A stretch of 64,000 nucleotides of DNA from Thermodesulfobacteriota bacterium (GCA_965226585.1 OZ245366.1:576001-640000), one strand, 5' to 3'. Counted from the first letter of the stretch, positions 28,564 to 41,213 are shown. Numbers and translations are program-made. Notes: generated from the letters alone by a model not told the origin.

Positions 28564-29286
28564 TCAGGAAAACCTCCGTATCGCGTCTTCAAGGTTAACG
28601 TCTCCCGAATAGACCGCTCTGCCCACTATCACGCCCAGAAGTCCGGACTCTGTGTACGGCATAAGTTTCTCTATGTCTTCAGGGCGCGAAACCCCTCCGG
28701 ACGCCACAACGGGAACGCCGCACAGTTTCAGAAAACCCTCAAGGCGGGAAAGGTCAACGCCGCTCATTGTGCCGTCCCGGTCTATGTCTGTGCGGATAAT
28801 CATGCTTGCCCCGCAGTCTTCAAGCATGGAAACCGCCTGCGCGGCGGTTATTCCGGAATCCTCAGTCCATCCCTTCACCGCCACCATCTCGCCGCGTGTG
28901 TCCAGAGCAACGGCAACCTGCCCCGGAAACTTTGCGCACGCTTCGGTGAAAAAACTGTCTTTCTCAAGGGCGGCGGTGCCGATTATCACTGTTTTCACCC
29001 CGTAGGAGAGATATTTTTCAACCGCCTCAATCGAGCGTATTCCCCCTCCCACCTGAACGGGGCAGGAAACCGCCGCCGCGATGTTTTTTATCAGAGAGGT
29101 GTTAACGGGCTTGCCCTTGAACGCGCCGTCAAGATCCACAACGTGTATGAGGCTTGCCCCGCAGTTCTGCCACTTGAGCGCGACCGAGACGGGGTCGTCA
29201 GAGAAAACGGTTTCCGTTCCCTCCTCGCCTCTTACAAGCCGGACGCATTTGCCGTCTTTTATATCTATCGCGGGGATTATCGTCAT
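28564..29286 (-). CDS. hisA: ProFAR isomerase
   Basis: [37 protein letters not shown]. Confidence 0.96.
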   Translation of the reverse strand: MTIIPAIDIKDGKCVRLVRGEEGTETVFSDDPVSVALKWQNCGASLIHVVDLDGAFKGKPVNTSLIKNIAAAVSCPVQVGGGIRSIEAVEKYLSYGVKTVIIGTAALEKDSFFTEACAKFPGQVAVALDTRGEMVAVKGWTEDSGITAAQAVSMLEDCGASMIIRTDIDRDGTMSGVDLSRLEGFLKLCGVPVVASGGVSRPEDIEKLMPYTESGLLGVIVGRAVYSGDVNLEDAIRRFS

Positions 29287-29348
29287 TACGGCGGGTAAAT
29301 ATACACCAATCGCTTAACAATATGTCATCTGTGCCCGTATCCCGTTAT

Positions 29349-29377
29349 TTCCAACAAACCGCCCGAGCGGATATAGT
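29349..29377 (+). promoter_or_regulatory. Sigma70 promoter, probably leaderless transcript of EVE gene
   Basis: TTCCAA-17-TATAGT, then 7 nt, then ATG 29385; no SD. Confidence 0.5.
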
Positions 29378-29384
29378 TGAGCGG

Positions 29385-29801
29385 ATGAAGTATTGGCTCG
29401 TTAAGTCCGAACCGTTCAAATATTCATGGAATGATTTCACGCGGGACGGGCAAACCTACTGGGACGGAGTGCGCAACTATCAGGCGCGCGGCAACCTTGA
29501 GGCGATGAAAACCGGAGACCTTGCTCTTTTCTATCACAGCAATAAAGGGCTTGAGATTGTCGGCATTGCCAGAGTTGTGCGCGAGAGTTATCCCGACCCC
29601 ACAACGGACGACAAGCGATGGATTGCGGTTGACCTTGAGCCGCACTCGGTTCTTGAACATCCGGTATCTCTCAAGGATATTAAAGCCGACCCCCGTCTGC
29701 GGGATATGCAGATGGTAAAACAGAGCAGGCTCTCGGTAACCCCGGTCTCAAAAAAACATTTTGACCTGCTTATAAAAAAAGGGGAAAGCAAACCTCTGTA
29801 A
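29385..29801 (+). CDS. EVE domain protein
   Basis: YWLVKSEP, WDGVRNYQAR, FYHS, RLSVTPV. Confidence 0.92.
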   Translation: MKYWLVKSEPFKYSWNDFTRDGQTYWDGVRNYQARGNLEAMKTGDLALFYHSNKGLEIVGIARVVRESYPDPTTDDKRWIAVDLEPHSVLEHPVSLKDIKADPRLRDMQMVKQSRLSVTPVSKKHFDLLIKKGESKPL

Positions 29802-30766
29802 TGGCTCTTTCAACAAAACCCGAAAAACTGTTAAAGGAAATGCTTTCAGGCAGTCGCGGCGCTCTCGCCCGCCTTATCAGCCTTGCCGAAGGCGGAAAGA
29901 TAAACACCATTGAACTGCTTTCGGGAGCGAAGGCGGAAGAGCCGGCGGTGGTTGGCGTAACGGGTCCGCCCGGAGCCGGAAAAAGCACCCTCACGGACAA
30001 ACTGGTGCTGCATTTGCGCGGGGGCGGAAACAAGGTGGGCGTTATAGCGATAGACCCTTCAAGCCCTTTTACGGGCGGAGCCCTGCTTGGAGACCGCCTG
30101 CGCATGGACGGGCATTCCGATGATGACGGGGTTTTTATCAGAAGCCTCGGCTCCCGCGGCTCTCTGGGCGGGCTTTCGCGCGCAACGGGCGATATAATCA
30201 AACTGATGGGCGCGTTTGGAGCCGGGTGTGTGCTGGTTGAAACGGTCGGCGTGGGACAGAGCGAACTTGATATCGCGGGCGTGGCGGACACGGTGGCGGT
30301 GGTTCTGGTTCCCGAATCCGGGGATTCAATCCAGACAATGAAGGCGGGAATAATGGAGATAGGAGACGTGTTTGTAGTCAACAAATCAGACAGGGCGGGA
30401 GCCGAAGCGCTTGCGGCGGAGATACGCGGAACGGTGTCCATCCGGGCGGGCGGCAAAAACGGATGGGAGGCGCCGGTTGTTCTGACTCAAGCCACAGACG
30501 GCAGGGGAGTAGGTGAACTCGCCGGGGTGATTGAAAAACACGGCGTGTTTCTCAAAAAAAGCGGGATTCTTGATAACAAGAGGCGAAACAGGATAGACAA
30601 AGACCTTACGGACGAAATAAACTCCATTCTCGGTTCGCTTGCGGAAAATGCGGTTGCGCGCGGCGAGGGCGCGGAGGTCAAATCCGCCGTTCTCAACGGG
30701 TCGCTCGCGATACCCGAAGGGGCGAAACAGATAGCGGTTCTTGTCTCAAAAAGGGCGAACTCATGA
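29801..30766 (+). CDS. meaB: Methylmalonyl-CoA mutase-associated GTPase
   Basis: GVTGPPGAGKST, DPSSPFTGGALLGDRLRM, ETVGVGQSE, NKSD. Confidence 0.93.
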   Translation: MALSTKPEKLLKEMLSGSRGALARLISLAEGGKINTIELLSGAKAEEPAVVGVTGPPGAGKSTLTDKLVLHLRGGGNKVGVIAIDPSSPFTGGALLGDRLRMDGHSDDDGVFIRSLGSRGSLGGLSRATGDIIKLMGAFGAGCVLVETVGVGQSELDIAGVADTVAVVLVPESGDSIQTMKAGIMEIGDVFVVNKSDRAGAEALAAEIRGTVSIRAGGKNGWEAPVVLTQATDGRGVGELAGVIEKHGVFLKKSGILDNKRRNRIDKDLTDEINSILGSLAENAVARGEGAEVKSAVLNGSLAIPEGAKQIAVLVSKRANS

Positions 30767-32196
30767 AAAAGCAGATACTCATAAGCCGGACGCTCGGAGA
30801 GATGCGCATAGCGGTTATGGAAGACGGCTCTCTCGCCGAACTGCAGGTGGAGAGAAACTCAAGTTCCCGCATATCGGGAAACATATACAAGGCGAAAATT
30901 CTCAACACTCTTCCTTCCATAAGGGCGTCTTTTGTTGATCTTGGAATGGAGAAAGCCGGAATTGTTTCATGGAAAGACCTTCATACCGAAGACAGAAAAG
31001 CCGCGGGGAGAGACTCAAGCCCCGCAAGCGAAGGGCAGGAGATAATAGTTCAGGCGGTCAAAGAGCCGGTTCCGGGAAAGGGACCGAGAATGAAGGCGCG
31101 CCCCACGCTTGTCGGCAAATACGTGATTTTGTCAACCGATTCCGACAAAACCATGCTTTCAAAACGGATAGACGGAGGGGCTGAGAGGAACAAGGTTGGC
31201 AAGATGCTTGAAAAAATACGCCCGGAAAATATGGGGCTGATTGCGCGAACCGCCGCGATTGACAAAGACATCGGGCTGATTGAAAAAGAGGTTAACGCGC
31301 TTAAAAGCCAGTGGGACAACATCGTGCAATTGTCGCGCATAAGACCCTCGCCTTCGCTTTTGTATCAGGAGCCGCCGCCGTATTTGAGCGCGGTAAGGGA
31401 TTTTGCCTCTCCCAATGATGAGATAATCGCGGACGACTGGGAAGTGCTTGTTGAGATAAACAGCTACATTGACGCGAATTTTCCGGGCGAGCCCATATCC
31501 ATCGGTTATCACAATTCCGGCTCGCCGCTTTTCAGCGATTTCGGTGTGGAGGAGGAGATTGAGAAACTCTACAAGAGGAAGGTCAACCTGAAGTCCGGCG
31601 GCGATATGGTTATTGACGAAGCCGAGGGGCTGACGGTTATTGACGTGAACACGGGCGCGGGAACGGGCAGGGGTTCGGGCGCTCTGCTCAGAACAAACCT
31701 TGAAGCCGCCGCCGAATCCGCCCGCCAGATACGGCTCAGAAATCTGGTCGGGATAATCGTGATTGATTTCATAGACATGGGCACGGGAGAGATGAGAAGT
31801 ATTTGCAGGACGTTTGAGGATGAGATGAAAAAAGACAGAACAAGCCACACAATTTCAGACATCTCCGAGTTTTGCGTTCTTCACCTTACGCGCAAAAGGG
31901 CGAGGGAAAGCGTGGCGAAAACCCTGTCTGAAAGATGCGAAGTTTGCGACGGCGCGGGTCTGATTAAATCAAAGGAAACCGTCTGCTACGAAATCATAAG
32001 AGACATAGAAAAGCATCACCTCATCGCGCGGGGCGGAGAGATAAGGGTTTGCGCCCGCGGGGATATAATTGATAGAATAAAACTTATTGAGCCGGGGCTT
32101 CTTGAGAAGTTTGAGGGCAGAGGGGTGGGGATTCTGTTTGAAGAAACGGAAGACGCTCCCGGCGGCTTTACGGTGAAGGCTGAATGGAAGGTTTAG
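30763..32196 (+). CDS. rng: Rne/Rng family ribonuclease
   Basis: GNIYKA S1 domain, IDVNTG, RLRNL.GIIVIDFIDM, CEVC Zn-link. Confidence 0.9.
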   Translation: MKKQILISRTLGEMRIAVMEDGSLAELQVERNSSSRISGNIYKAKILNTLPSIRASFVDLGMEKAGIVSWKDLHTEDRKAAGRDSSPASEGQEIIVQAVKEPVPGKGPRMKARPTLVGKYVILSTDSDKTMLSKRIDGGAERNKVGKMLEKIRPENMGLIARTAAIDKDIGLIEKEVNALKSQWDNIVQLSRIRPSPSLLYQEPPPYLSAVRDFASPNDEIIADDWEVLVEINSYIDANFPGEPISIGYHNSGSPLFSDFGVEEEIEKLYKRKVNLKSGGDMVIDEAEGLTVIDVNTGAGTGRGSGALLRTNLEAAAESARQIRLRNLVGIIVIDFIDMGTGEMRSICRTFEDEMKKDRTSHTISDISEFCVLHLTRKRARESVAKTLSERCEVCDGAGLIKSKETVCYEIIRDIEKHHLIARGGEIRVCARGDIIDRIKLIEPGLLEKFEGRGVGILFEETEDAPGGFTVKAEWKV

Positions 32197-32612
32197 CGAT
32201 TAGAACACTGGACAAAGGTGCGCTGGTTGAGAAGGAGTTTGAGACCGATGTTTCAATGGCGGCGGACAGGTTTCACGAGAAGTCGCCCAAGGTTTTGTCA
32301 ACGGCTTCCCTGATAGGAATTATGCAGACGGCGTGCGCGGAGATGATGGCGCCTTTTCTCAACAAAGACGAGATGGTTGTGAGCGTGAAGATAGAGATGA
32401 GCCACTTCGGGGCGGTTCCCGCCGGAACGACCGTGAAGTTGAGAATCGTGGTGCTTGAGGTTGCCGAGAGAAGGGTGGTTTTCAGCGTGGATGCGTCTGA
32501 CGGAAAGCAGACGATAGCGTCCGGCAGGAACGATATGTTCGTCATAGACAAAAAGAGATTTGAGAGCGGCATAGAAAGATACAGAGCCGCGATGGAGGAA
32601 CGGGGACAATGA
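32184..32612 (+). CDS. Hotdog-fold thioesterase (FlK-like)
   Basis: VLSTASL..IMQ.AC, VSVKIEMSH..A.P.G..V, F.V.A.D..IASG. Confidence 0.75.
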   Translation: MEGLAIRTLDKGALVEKEFETDVSMAADRFHEKSPKVLSTASLIGIMQTACAEMMAPFLNKDEMVVSVKIEMSHFGAVPAGTTVKLRIVVLEVAERRVVFSVDASDGKQTIASGRNDMFVIDKKRFESGIERYRAAMEERGQ

Positions 32613-33034
32613 AAGGCGGAGAGAACGGAAGTATTTATCACATAGCGATAGCGGTGAAAGACCTTGAGAGTTCCGAGAAGCTTTACGAGACCGCGATGGG
32701 TCTCAAGGTTACACACAGGGAGGAGGTTGCCGAGCAGGGTGTGAAAGCGTCAATGCTTCAGCCGCAAAGCGGAGAGGGAACGGCGATAGAACTGCTTGAG
32801 CCCACCGGGGAGGATTCTCCCATACACAAGTTTCTTGAGAGCCGGGGCGAGGGAATACACCACATCTGTTTTTTTGTTGACGACATAGAGAAGTCGCTAA
32901 GAGAGTTGAAAAAGCGCGGCGTCCGGTTGATAGATGAAACCCCGAGAGTTGGGGCGTACAATTCAAAAGTGGCTTTCATTCACCCCAAGGCGATGAGCGG
33001 TGTTCTTGTGGAGCTTGCCGAGATGGCGGGTTAG
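32609..33034 (+). CDS. mce: Methylmalonyl-CoA epimerase
   Basis: HIAIAV, EQGV, IELLEP, GEGIHHICF, AFIHPK..GVLVEL; in operon with meaB. Confidence 0.92.
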   Translation: MKGGENGSIYHIAIAVKDLESSEKLYETAMGLKVTHREEVAEQGVKASMLQPQSGEGTAIELLEPTGEDSPIHKFLESRGEGIHHICFFVDDIEKSLRELKKRGVRLIDETPRVGAYNSKVAFIHPKAMSGVLVELAEMAG

Positions 33035-33047
33035 CCTGCCTGTGTGT

Positions 33048-33260
33048 TTAATCTTTTGGAGAGCGGAACTCGGAGCCGCCTGAGTCGTCTTTCCCGTTTT
33101 CTTCGCTTTTGCCGGAAGTTTCACCTCCCTCAAGCGAACTGCGGAAGTTTTTGATTCCCTTTCCAAGCGATGACCCGATTGATCCCAGCCTGCCGGGTCC
33201 GAAGACCAGCAGAGCGATAACAAGAACGATTACGAGTTCGGTTATTCCTATTGAGCCCAT
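33048..33260 (-). CDS. tatA: Twin-arginine translocase TatA/E
   Basis: IGITEL..LV..LLVFG..RL..IG.SLGKGI.NFR. Confidence 0.93.
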   Translation of the reverse strand: MGSIGITELVIVLVIALLVFGPGRLGSIGSSLGKGIKNFRSSLEGGETSGKSEENGKDDSGGSEFRSPKD

Positions 33261-33266
33261 GGGGAT

Positions 33267-33295
33267 ATGTTACTGACAAGAGCGGGGTTTTTCAA
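33267..33295 (-). promoter_or_regulatory. Sigma70 promoter, probably leaderless tatA transcript
   Basis: TTGAAA-17-TAACAT, then 6 nt, then ATG; no SD. Confidence 0.5.
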
Positions 33296-33325
33296 TTAAA
33301 CCTAATCCTGCGTCCGGCGGGAGAG

Positions 33326-34261
33326 CTATTCCTGTTCCTCAAGAAACCTCTCTGCGTCAAGCGCGGCGGCGCAACCGCTTCCGGCGGCGGTGATTGCCTG
33401 TTTGTATCTTTTGTCCTGCACGTCTCCGGCGGCAAAAACACCCGGAATATTCATCTCACTCGTGCCGGGATTTGTAATCAAGTAACCGTCTCCGTCCATG
33501 TCCAGAACATCTTTGAAAATTGAAGTGTTGGGGTTGTGCCCTATGGCGACAAACATCCCCTCGCACGGATGTTCGGAAGTTTCGCCCGTGTTGATGTTTT
33601 TAAGCGCAACACCCTTCACCCCGTCTTTTTCAGAACCCCTGATATCCTCAACCACCGAGTCCCAGATGAAACCGACCTTCGGGTTGTCAAACGCGCGTTT
33701 CTGCATAATCTTTGAAGCCCTGAGAGCATCGCGCCTGTGAATGATGGTAACCTTTGACGCGAATTTGGTCAGAAAAGTCGCCTCCTCAACCGCGCTGTCG
33801 CCGCCGCCCACAACAACAATCTCCTTGTCCTTGAAAAAGAATCCGTCGCAAGTCGCGCAGGTGGAAACACCGCGACCAAGAAGTTTTTTCTCGGACTCAA
33901 GTCCCAGCAATCTCGCGGAAGCTCCGGAACAAACTATAAGAGTGTCCGCGCTTATCTCCTCTCCCGAAGAAGTTTTTATCTTGAACGGACGGGACGACAA
34001 ATCGGCGGACGATATCTCTTCGTTCACACACTCCGCGCCGAAACGCTTTGCCTGCTTCCTCATTGAGTCCATAAGGTCGGGACCCATAATCCCTTCGGGA
34101 AATCCCGGAAAGTTTTCAACATCGGTTGTGAGAGTAAGCTGCCCGCCCGCTTCAAAGCCCTCAAACACAAGCGGCTCAAGGTTTGCCCGCGCCGCATAGA
34201 GGGCGGCGGTTAAACCGGCGGGGCCCGAGCCCATTATCAAAACTTTGGTGTGTCTTTCCAT
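33326..34261 (-). CDS. trxB: Thioredoxin-disulfide reductase
   Basis: GSGPAG, GGQL, CATCDG, GGGDSA, FAAGDV. Confidence 0.97.
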   Translation of the reverse strand: MERHTKVLIMGSGPAGLTAALYAARANLEPLVFEGFEAGGQLTLTTDVENFPGFPEGIMGPDLMDSMRKQAKRFGAECVNEEISSADLSSRPFKIKTSSGEEISADTLIVCSGASARLLGLESEKKLLGRGVSTCATCDGFFFKDKEIVVVGGGDSAVEEATFLTKFASKVTIIHRRDALRASKIMQKRAFDNPKVGFIWDSVVEDIRGSEKDGVKGVALKNINTGETSEHPCEGMFVAIGHNPNTSIFKDVLDMDGDGYLITNPGTSEMNIPGVFAAGDVQDKRYKQAITAAGSGCAAALDAERFLEEQE

Positions 34262-34316
34262 GTCAGCGACTGTTTCGGGAACTCGTGTATTATATTTTCA
34301 TAAAAGGCGGACGCAA

Positions 34317-35273
34317 GTGAGTATACAACCTGATGAAAAAACCCTCGCTCAATATGAAAGCGCGCGCGGCGGTTGCGCGATTTTTGACATATCCGGCAGG
34401 GGAAGACTTACCCTTGCCGGCAAAGACCGCTTGAAGTTTCTTCAAGGGCTTATCACAAATGACGTTATGAAACCCTCAGCCGGGCAGGGGCTTTACGCTC
34501 TCATGCTGAACCGCAAAGGCAGAATACTGACCGATATGCGCCTTTTTCTCAGCGAGGATGAAACCGCGCTTGATCTTGAGCCGTCAGTTACGGATGTGAC
34601 CGCAGAGCGGATGAACGATTTCAAATTGTCTTATAAAGTTGACATAAAAAAAGACGAAGGGCGCGCCGTTTTTCACCTGTGCGGAGCGGAAGCCGCAGGG
34701 TGCGTTTCGCACATTACCGGCGCAGACGCCGGAGCAATGAACCCGTTTGACCACCGCGACTGCCCGGAAATTGACGCCCGCGCGGCGCGGACAGACAGGC
34801 TGGGAGTTACCGGATTTGACATTGACACACCGGGGGCAAACGCCGGGGAGGTGCGGAAACTGTTTGAGAAGGGCGGCGCGGCATTTGCGGGCGCGGATGT
34901 TTTTGAGGCGGTGAGAATAGAAGCCGTGATACCCGTATACGGAAAAGATATGGACGAATCCACAATCGCGCCCGAGGCGGGGCTTGAAAATGCCGTGTCT
35001 TTTGAAAAGGGCTGTTACGTGGGACAGGAGGTTGTGGCAAGAACGCACTGGCGCGGAAGGGTCAACAGACACCTCGCGGGGTTTGTGTTTGAGGGAGACC
35101 CGCCGCCCGGAGGAAGTGAAATTTTTTCAGACGGCTCTGCCGCAGGGCGCGTAACTTCGTCCGGATTTTCGCCCCGTCTCGGCGCTGTTGCCATGGGATA
35201 TATAAGGCGCGAATACGCGGCGGCGGGAACGGAGATACTCACAAGCGGCGGACAGCGCGGGAAGGTGGTCTGA
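34317..35273 (+). CDS. ygfZ: Folate-binding YgfZ/GcvT family protein
   Basis: FLQGLITND, KGCYVGQEVVAR signature; GTG start at 34317 inferred. Confidence 0.88.
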   Translation: MSIQPDEKTLAQYESARGGCAIFDISGRGRLTLAGKDRLKFLQGLITNDVMKPSAGQGLYALMLNRKGRILTDMRLFLSEDETALDLEPSVTDVTAERMNDFKLSYKVDIKKDEGRAVFHLCGAEAAGCVSHITGADAGAMNPFDHRDCPEIDARAARTDRLGVTGFDIDTPGANAGEVRKLFEKGGAAFAGADVFEAVRIEAVIPVYGKDMDESTIAPEAGLENAVSFEKGCYVGQEVVARTHWRGRVNRHLAGFVFEGDPPPGGSEIFSDGSAAGRVTSSGFSPRLGAVAMGYIRREYAAAGTEILTSGGQRGKVV

Positions 35274-35335
35274 TTCTTCCCGTCCGAAGCGGTTTTTAAT
35301 CAGTATTTACAATGTTGAAAGCGGTTTCTAACCTG

Positions 35336-35364
35336 TGGACAACGGGCGCGTTTTTTGTTAGAAT
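35336..35364 (+). promoter_or_regulatory. Sigma70 promoter of gyrB
   Basis: TGGACA-17-TAGAAT with extended TG. Confidence 0.55.
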
Positions 35365-35377
35365 TGAAAAGGTTTGA

Positions 35378-37882
<2,505 letters not shown>

Positions 37883-37898
37883 GCGGGCAAGTCAAATA

Positions 37899-38351
37899 TT
37901 ATTTTACAAAATGAGACCGTTCAAAATATAAACCCAACTCAAACGGTACTCCCGTTTCCGCAGCCGCAGATAGTTTGTAAAAATATTCTTTTCCTCTTTC
38001 TGTTATCAGTCCCTGCTCCACAGTATGGTCGGGATGAAGTGTTAAAATTGATTTTGCGCCAAGAATATAGTCCCCTTCCGGTAAATAGAAAACCAATGAC
38101 TGACCGCCACCATGAAATGTTGCAATCTTTATGCCGTTGACATATATCTCTATCTCATTTTCTTCGTGGAGTCCGCGGTCACGAACAATTACAACCTTTC
38201 CCGCATTCCCAGACGCGCTCCTGTACTTTTTAAACTCCGGTTCGTAATGTTCCGATGGAACTCTTGTAGATTGTGCAAATGTAATAGTTTTTGACAGGCA
38301 ACCCGTCAGACAGAAAGACAACAAAATTAAACTGACAATTATTTTTTTCAA
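37899..38351 (-). CDS. Lipoprotein (DUF2846-like)
   Basis: MKK-hydrophobic-LTGC lipobox; VVIVR...IYVNG..IA...LPEG.Y beta-sandwich pattern; AT-rich. Confidence 0.7.
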   Translation of the reverse strand: MKKIIVSLILLSFCLTGCLSKTITFAQSTRVPSEHYEPEFKKYRSASGNAGKVVIVRDRGLHEENEIEIYVNGIKIATFHGGGQSLVFYLPEGDYILGAKSILTLHPDHTVEQGLITERGKEYFYKLSAAAETGVPFELGLYFERSHFVK

Positions 38352-38418
38352 AACAAAACTGCTCCCGTTCCAATGAAATAATTAACCGTGAAAGTCTAAC
38401 AGATGTTTTTTACCAATA

Positions 38419-40125
38419 TCAATTTCTGATGATTTTGACTTTCTCAACCGCCTTTGCGGTTTCAACATTCTCCGTCTTATCCGTAAGGCGGTTTTTAATC
38501 TCCACCTTGCCCTCTTTCAGCCCTCTGGGTCCGACAATCACCTGAAACGGAATTCCAATCAACTCCGCATCCTTGAACTTCACACCCGCGCTCTCATCGC
38601 GGTCATCAATCACCGCGTCAATATTTGCCTCAATCAGACCGTTGTAAATCTTATCCGCCACCGAAACCGTTTCCTCATTTGTCATATTGATTGGAATAAC
38701 CGCGACCTCAAACGGCGCAATGGCGGGCGGGATAACCATTGATTTCCCGTCGTTGTTCTGCTCTATCGCGGCGGCTGCGGTTCTGCCTATGCCGATTCCG
38801 TAGCAACCCATGACAAACGGCTTTTCCTCTCCGTTCTTATCCGTGAATGTCGCCTCCATCGCCTCGCTGTATTTTGTTCCGAGCATGAACACATGCCCCA
38901 CTTCTATTCCCCTCACAGAAGACAGTTTTCCCTTGCCGCACTCAGGACAGCCGTCTCCGTCTTTCGCAACCTGAATGTCAAAAAAAGCGTCAGAGGAAAA
39001 ATCTCTTCCCTCGCAAACGCCGGTCAGGTGGAAATCCTTTTTGTTCGCGCCCACAACCGCGCCGCTCATCTTCTCAATGGAGTTGTCCGCAACAATTCTT
39101 ATCTTTTCCTTCATTCCCACGGGCCCGCTGAAACCCACCGCGCCGCCCGAAACACGCACAATCTCATCCTTGTCCGCAAGTTCCGCCGCCTCGGCTCCGA
39201 GAGCGGATTTAAGTTTCGTTAAACTGAGCTCCCTGTCTCCACGCACAAGGGCGGCAACCGTTTCCGTATCGGTCTTCACAATCATAGTTTTTATCAAATC
39301 CCCAAGTTCTGTTTTTACAAACTCCGCCACTTCGGCGGCGGTTTTCATCGCGGGCGTCTCAACCTCTTTTACCGCTTCATCCTTTCCTCCGCCTTCCGCG
39401 CTTCCGGTTTTTGCCACCCCCGCCAGTTCAAGATTTGCCGCGTATCCGCAACCGCAGGTCATCACAATATCCTCGCCGGTCGGCGCGAGAACCATAAACT
39501 CGTGAGACGCGCTTCCGCCGATGTTGCCCGTGTCCGCAAGAACGGAACGGAACTCAAGCCCGCAACGCTCAAAAATTCTTTCGTAAGCGTCAAACATCTT
39601 CCGGTACGATTCCTTTGCGTCTCCGGTCGAAGCGTCAAAACTGTAAGCGTCTTTCATAATGAACTCGCGCGCGCGCATAATGCCGAAACGCGGACGGATC
39701 TCATCACGGAATTTCGTCTGAATCTGATAAAAATTGACCGGCAGGTCTTTGTATGAGCGAATATCCCTCGCCGCCAAATCGGTGATGATTTCCTCGTGCG
39801 TGGGACCCATGCAGAAATCCCTGTCCGCCCTGTCTTTGAAGCGCAAAAGTTCCTTGCCGTAGTAATCCCACCTGCCGCTTTTTCTCCACAACTCCGCCGG
39901 AGCCACCGCCGGAAGAAGCAACTCTGTCGCCCCCGCGCGGTTCATCTCCTCGCGGACTATGCCCTCTATCTTTCTCAAAAAACGGAGCCCGAGCGGCAGA
40001 TAGTCGTATATCCCCGCCGCAACTCTGCGTATCATTCCCGCCCGCGCCATAAGACGGTGGCTCGCCACTTCCGCGTCAGAAGGGTCGTTTTTCAGGGTTG
40101 GTATGAAGTATCCGGAAAATCTCAA
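38419..40125 (-). CDS. proS: Proline-tRNA ligase (with editing insertion)
   Basis: GPTHEE, YQIQTKFRDEIRPRFG, GIEVGH.F.LG, MGCYGIG. Confidence 0.97.
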   Translation of the reverse strand: MRFSGYFIPTLKNDPSDAEVASHRLMARAGMIRRVAAGIYDYLPLGLRFLRKIEGIVREEMNRAGATELLLPAVAPAELWRKSGRWDYYGKELLRFKDRADRDFCMGPTHEEIITDLAARDIRSYKDLPVNFYQIQTKFRDEIRPRFGIMRAREFIMKDAYSFDASTGDAKESYRKMFDAYERIFERCGLEFRSVLADTGNIGGSASHEFMVLAPTGEDIVMTCGCGYAANLELAGVAKTGSAEGGGKDEAVKEVETPAMKTAAEVAEFVKTELGDLIKTMIVKTDTETVAALVRGDRELSLTKLKSALGAEAAELADKDEIVRVSGGAVGFSGPVGMKEKIRIVADNSIEKMSGAVVGANKKDFHLTGVCEGRDFSSDAFFDIQVAKDGDGCPECGKGKLSSVRGIEVGHVFMLGTKYSEAMEATFTDKNGEEKPFVMGCYGIGIGRTAAAAIEQNNDGKSMVIPPAIAPFEVAVIPINMTNEETVSVADKIYNGLIEANIDAVIDDRDESAGVKFKDAELIGIPFQVIVGPRGLKEGKVEIKNRLTDKTENVETAKAVEKVKIIRN

Positions 40126-41195
40126 CGTCCGACCGTCTCTGCCGAGTATGTGCCTATCTCTTTGACAAGTTCGTCAACAATCTGAGACTCTTTGAATGAG
40201 CGGACAAGTTTCCCGTCTCTGTAAAGCATTCCTTTGCCCCTTCCGCCGGCTATGCCTATGTCCGCGTCTCCCGCCTCGCCGGGCCCGTTGACCACACAGC
40301 CCAGAATGGCGACCTTTACCGGCTTTGAAAGTTTCATCGCTCCGGTGCGTTTTTCCACGTCGTCAACAAGTTTCATCAGGTCTATCTCAAGCCGCCCGCA
40401 ACCGGGGCACGAGATAATCTCAACGCCGCTTTTCCGCAATCCGATTGATTTCAGTATGTTGATGCCGACCGCAACCTCTTCAGCCGGGTCTTCGGTGAGC
40501 GAAACTCTGATGGTGTCGCCAATTCCCCGCGACAAAAGAGCGCCGATGCCGACCGAGGATTTTATCGTTCCCATCTTCCGTGTTCCCGCTTCCGTAACGC
40601 CGAGGTGGAGAGGATAGTCGGTTTCTTCCGCTATCAGTTCGTACGCCTCTATCATTCTCAAAACATCGGTTGATTTGACCGATATTTTTATGTCGCGGAA
40701 ATCAAGGTCTTCAAGGATTGCCGCGTGTCTCTGCGCACTTTCCGCAAGGGCGGCGGCGGTGGGAGAGCCGTGTTTTTTCAAAATATCTTTTTCAAGCGAG
40801 CCGGAGTTGACCCCTATTCTGATGGGGATTTCCCTGTCGCGGCAGGCGTCTACAACCGCCCTGATTTTTTCGCGCGACCCGATGTTTCCGGGATTGATTC
40901 TCATCGCGTCAACGCCCTGTTTTATCGCGGTAAGCGCGAGTTTGTGGTCAAAATGTATGTCTGAAACAAGCGGTATGTTTGTCCGCTTTTTGATTTCACC
41001 GAGAGCGTCAGCCGCGCTCTGGTCGGGAACTGCGAGGCGCGCTATGTCGCAACCCGCTTCTTCAAGTCTGCGTATTTCCGCGACAGTCGCCTCAACGTCC
41101 CGCGTGTCGGTTTTGGTCATTGACTGAACCGAAACCGGCGCGCCGCCGCCAACCTCAACATCTCCTATTCTGATTTTCCGGGAAATTCTGCGCAA
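40122..41195 (-). CDS. ispG: HMBPP synthase (GcpE)
   Basis: VQSMT, DIHF, RINPGNIG, RIGVNSGS, HLGVTEAG, SCPGCGR, GCVVNGPGE. Confidence 0.97.
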   Translation of the reverse strand: MRRISRKIRIGDVEVGGGAPVSVQSMTKTDTRDVEATVAEIRRLEEAGCDIARLAVPDQSAADALGEIKKRTNIPLVSDIHFDHKLALTAIKQGVDAMRINPGNIGSREKIRAVVDACRDREIPIRIGVNSGSLEKDILKKHGSPTAAALAESAQRHAAILEDLDFRDIKISVKSTDVLRMIEAYELIAEETDYPLHLGVTEAGTRKMGTIKSSVGIGALLSRGIGDTIRVSLTEDPAEEVAVGINILKSIGLRKSGVEIISCPGCGRLEIDLMKLVDDVEKRTGAMKLSKPVKVAILGCVVNGPGEAGDADIGIAGGRGKGMLYRDGKLVRSFKESQIVDELVKEIGTYSAETVGR

Positions 41196-41213
41196 ACCGC
41201 AAGAAAAGTTAGT

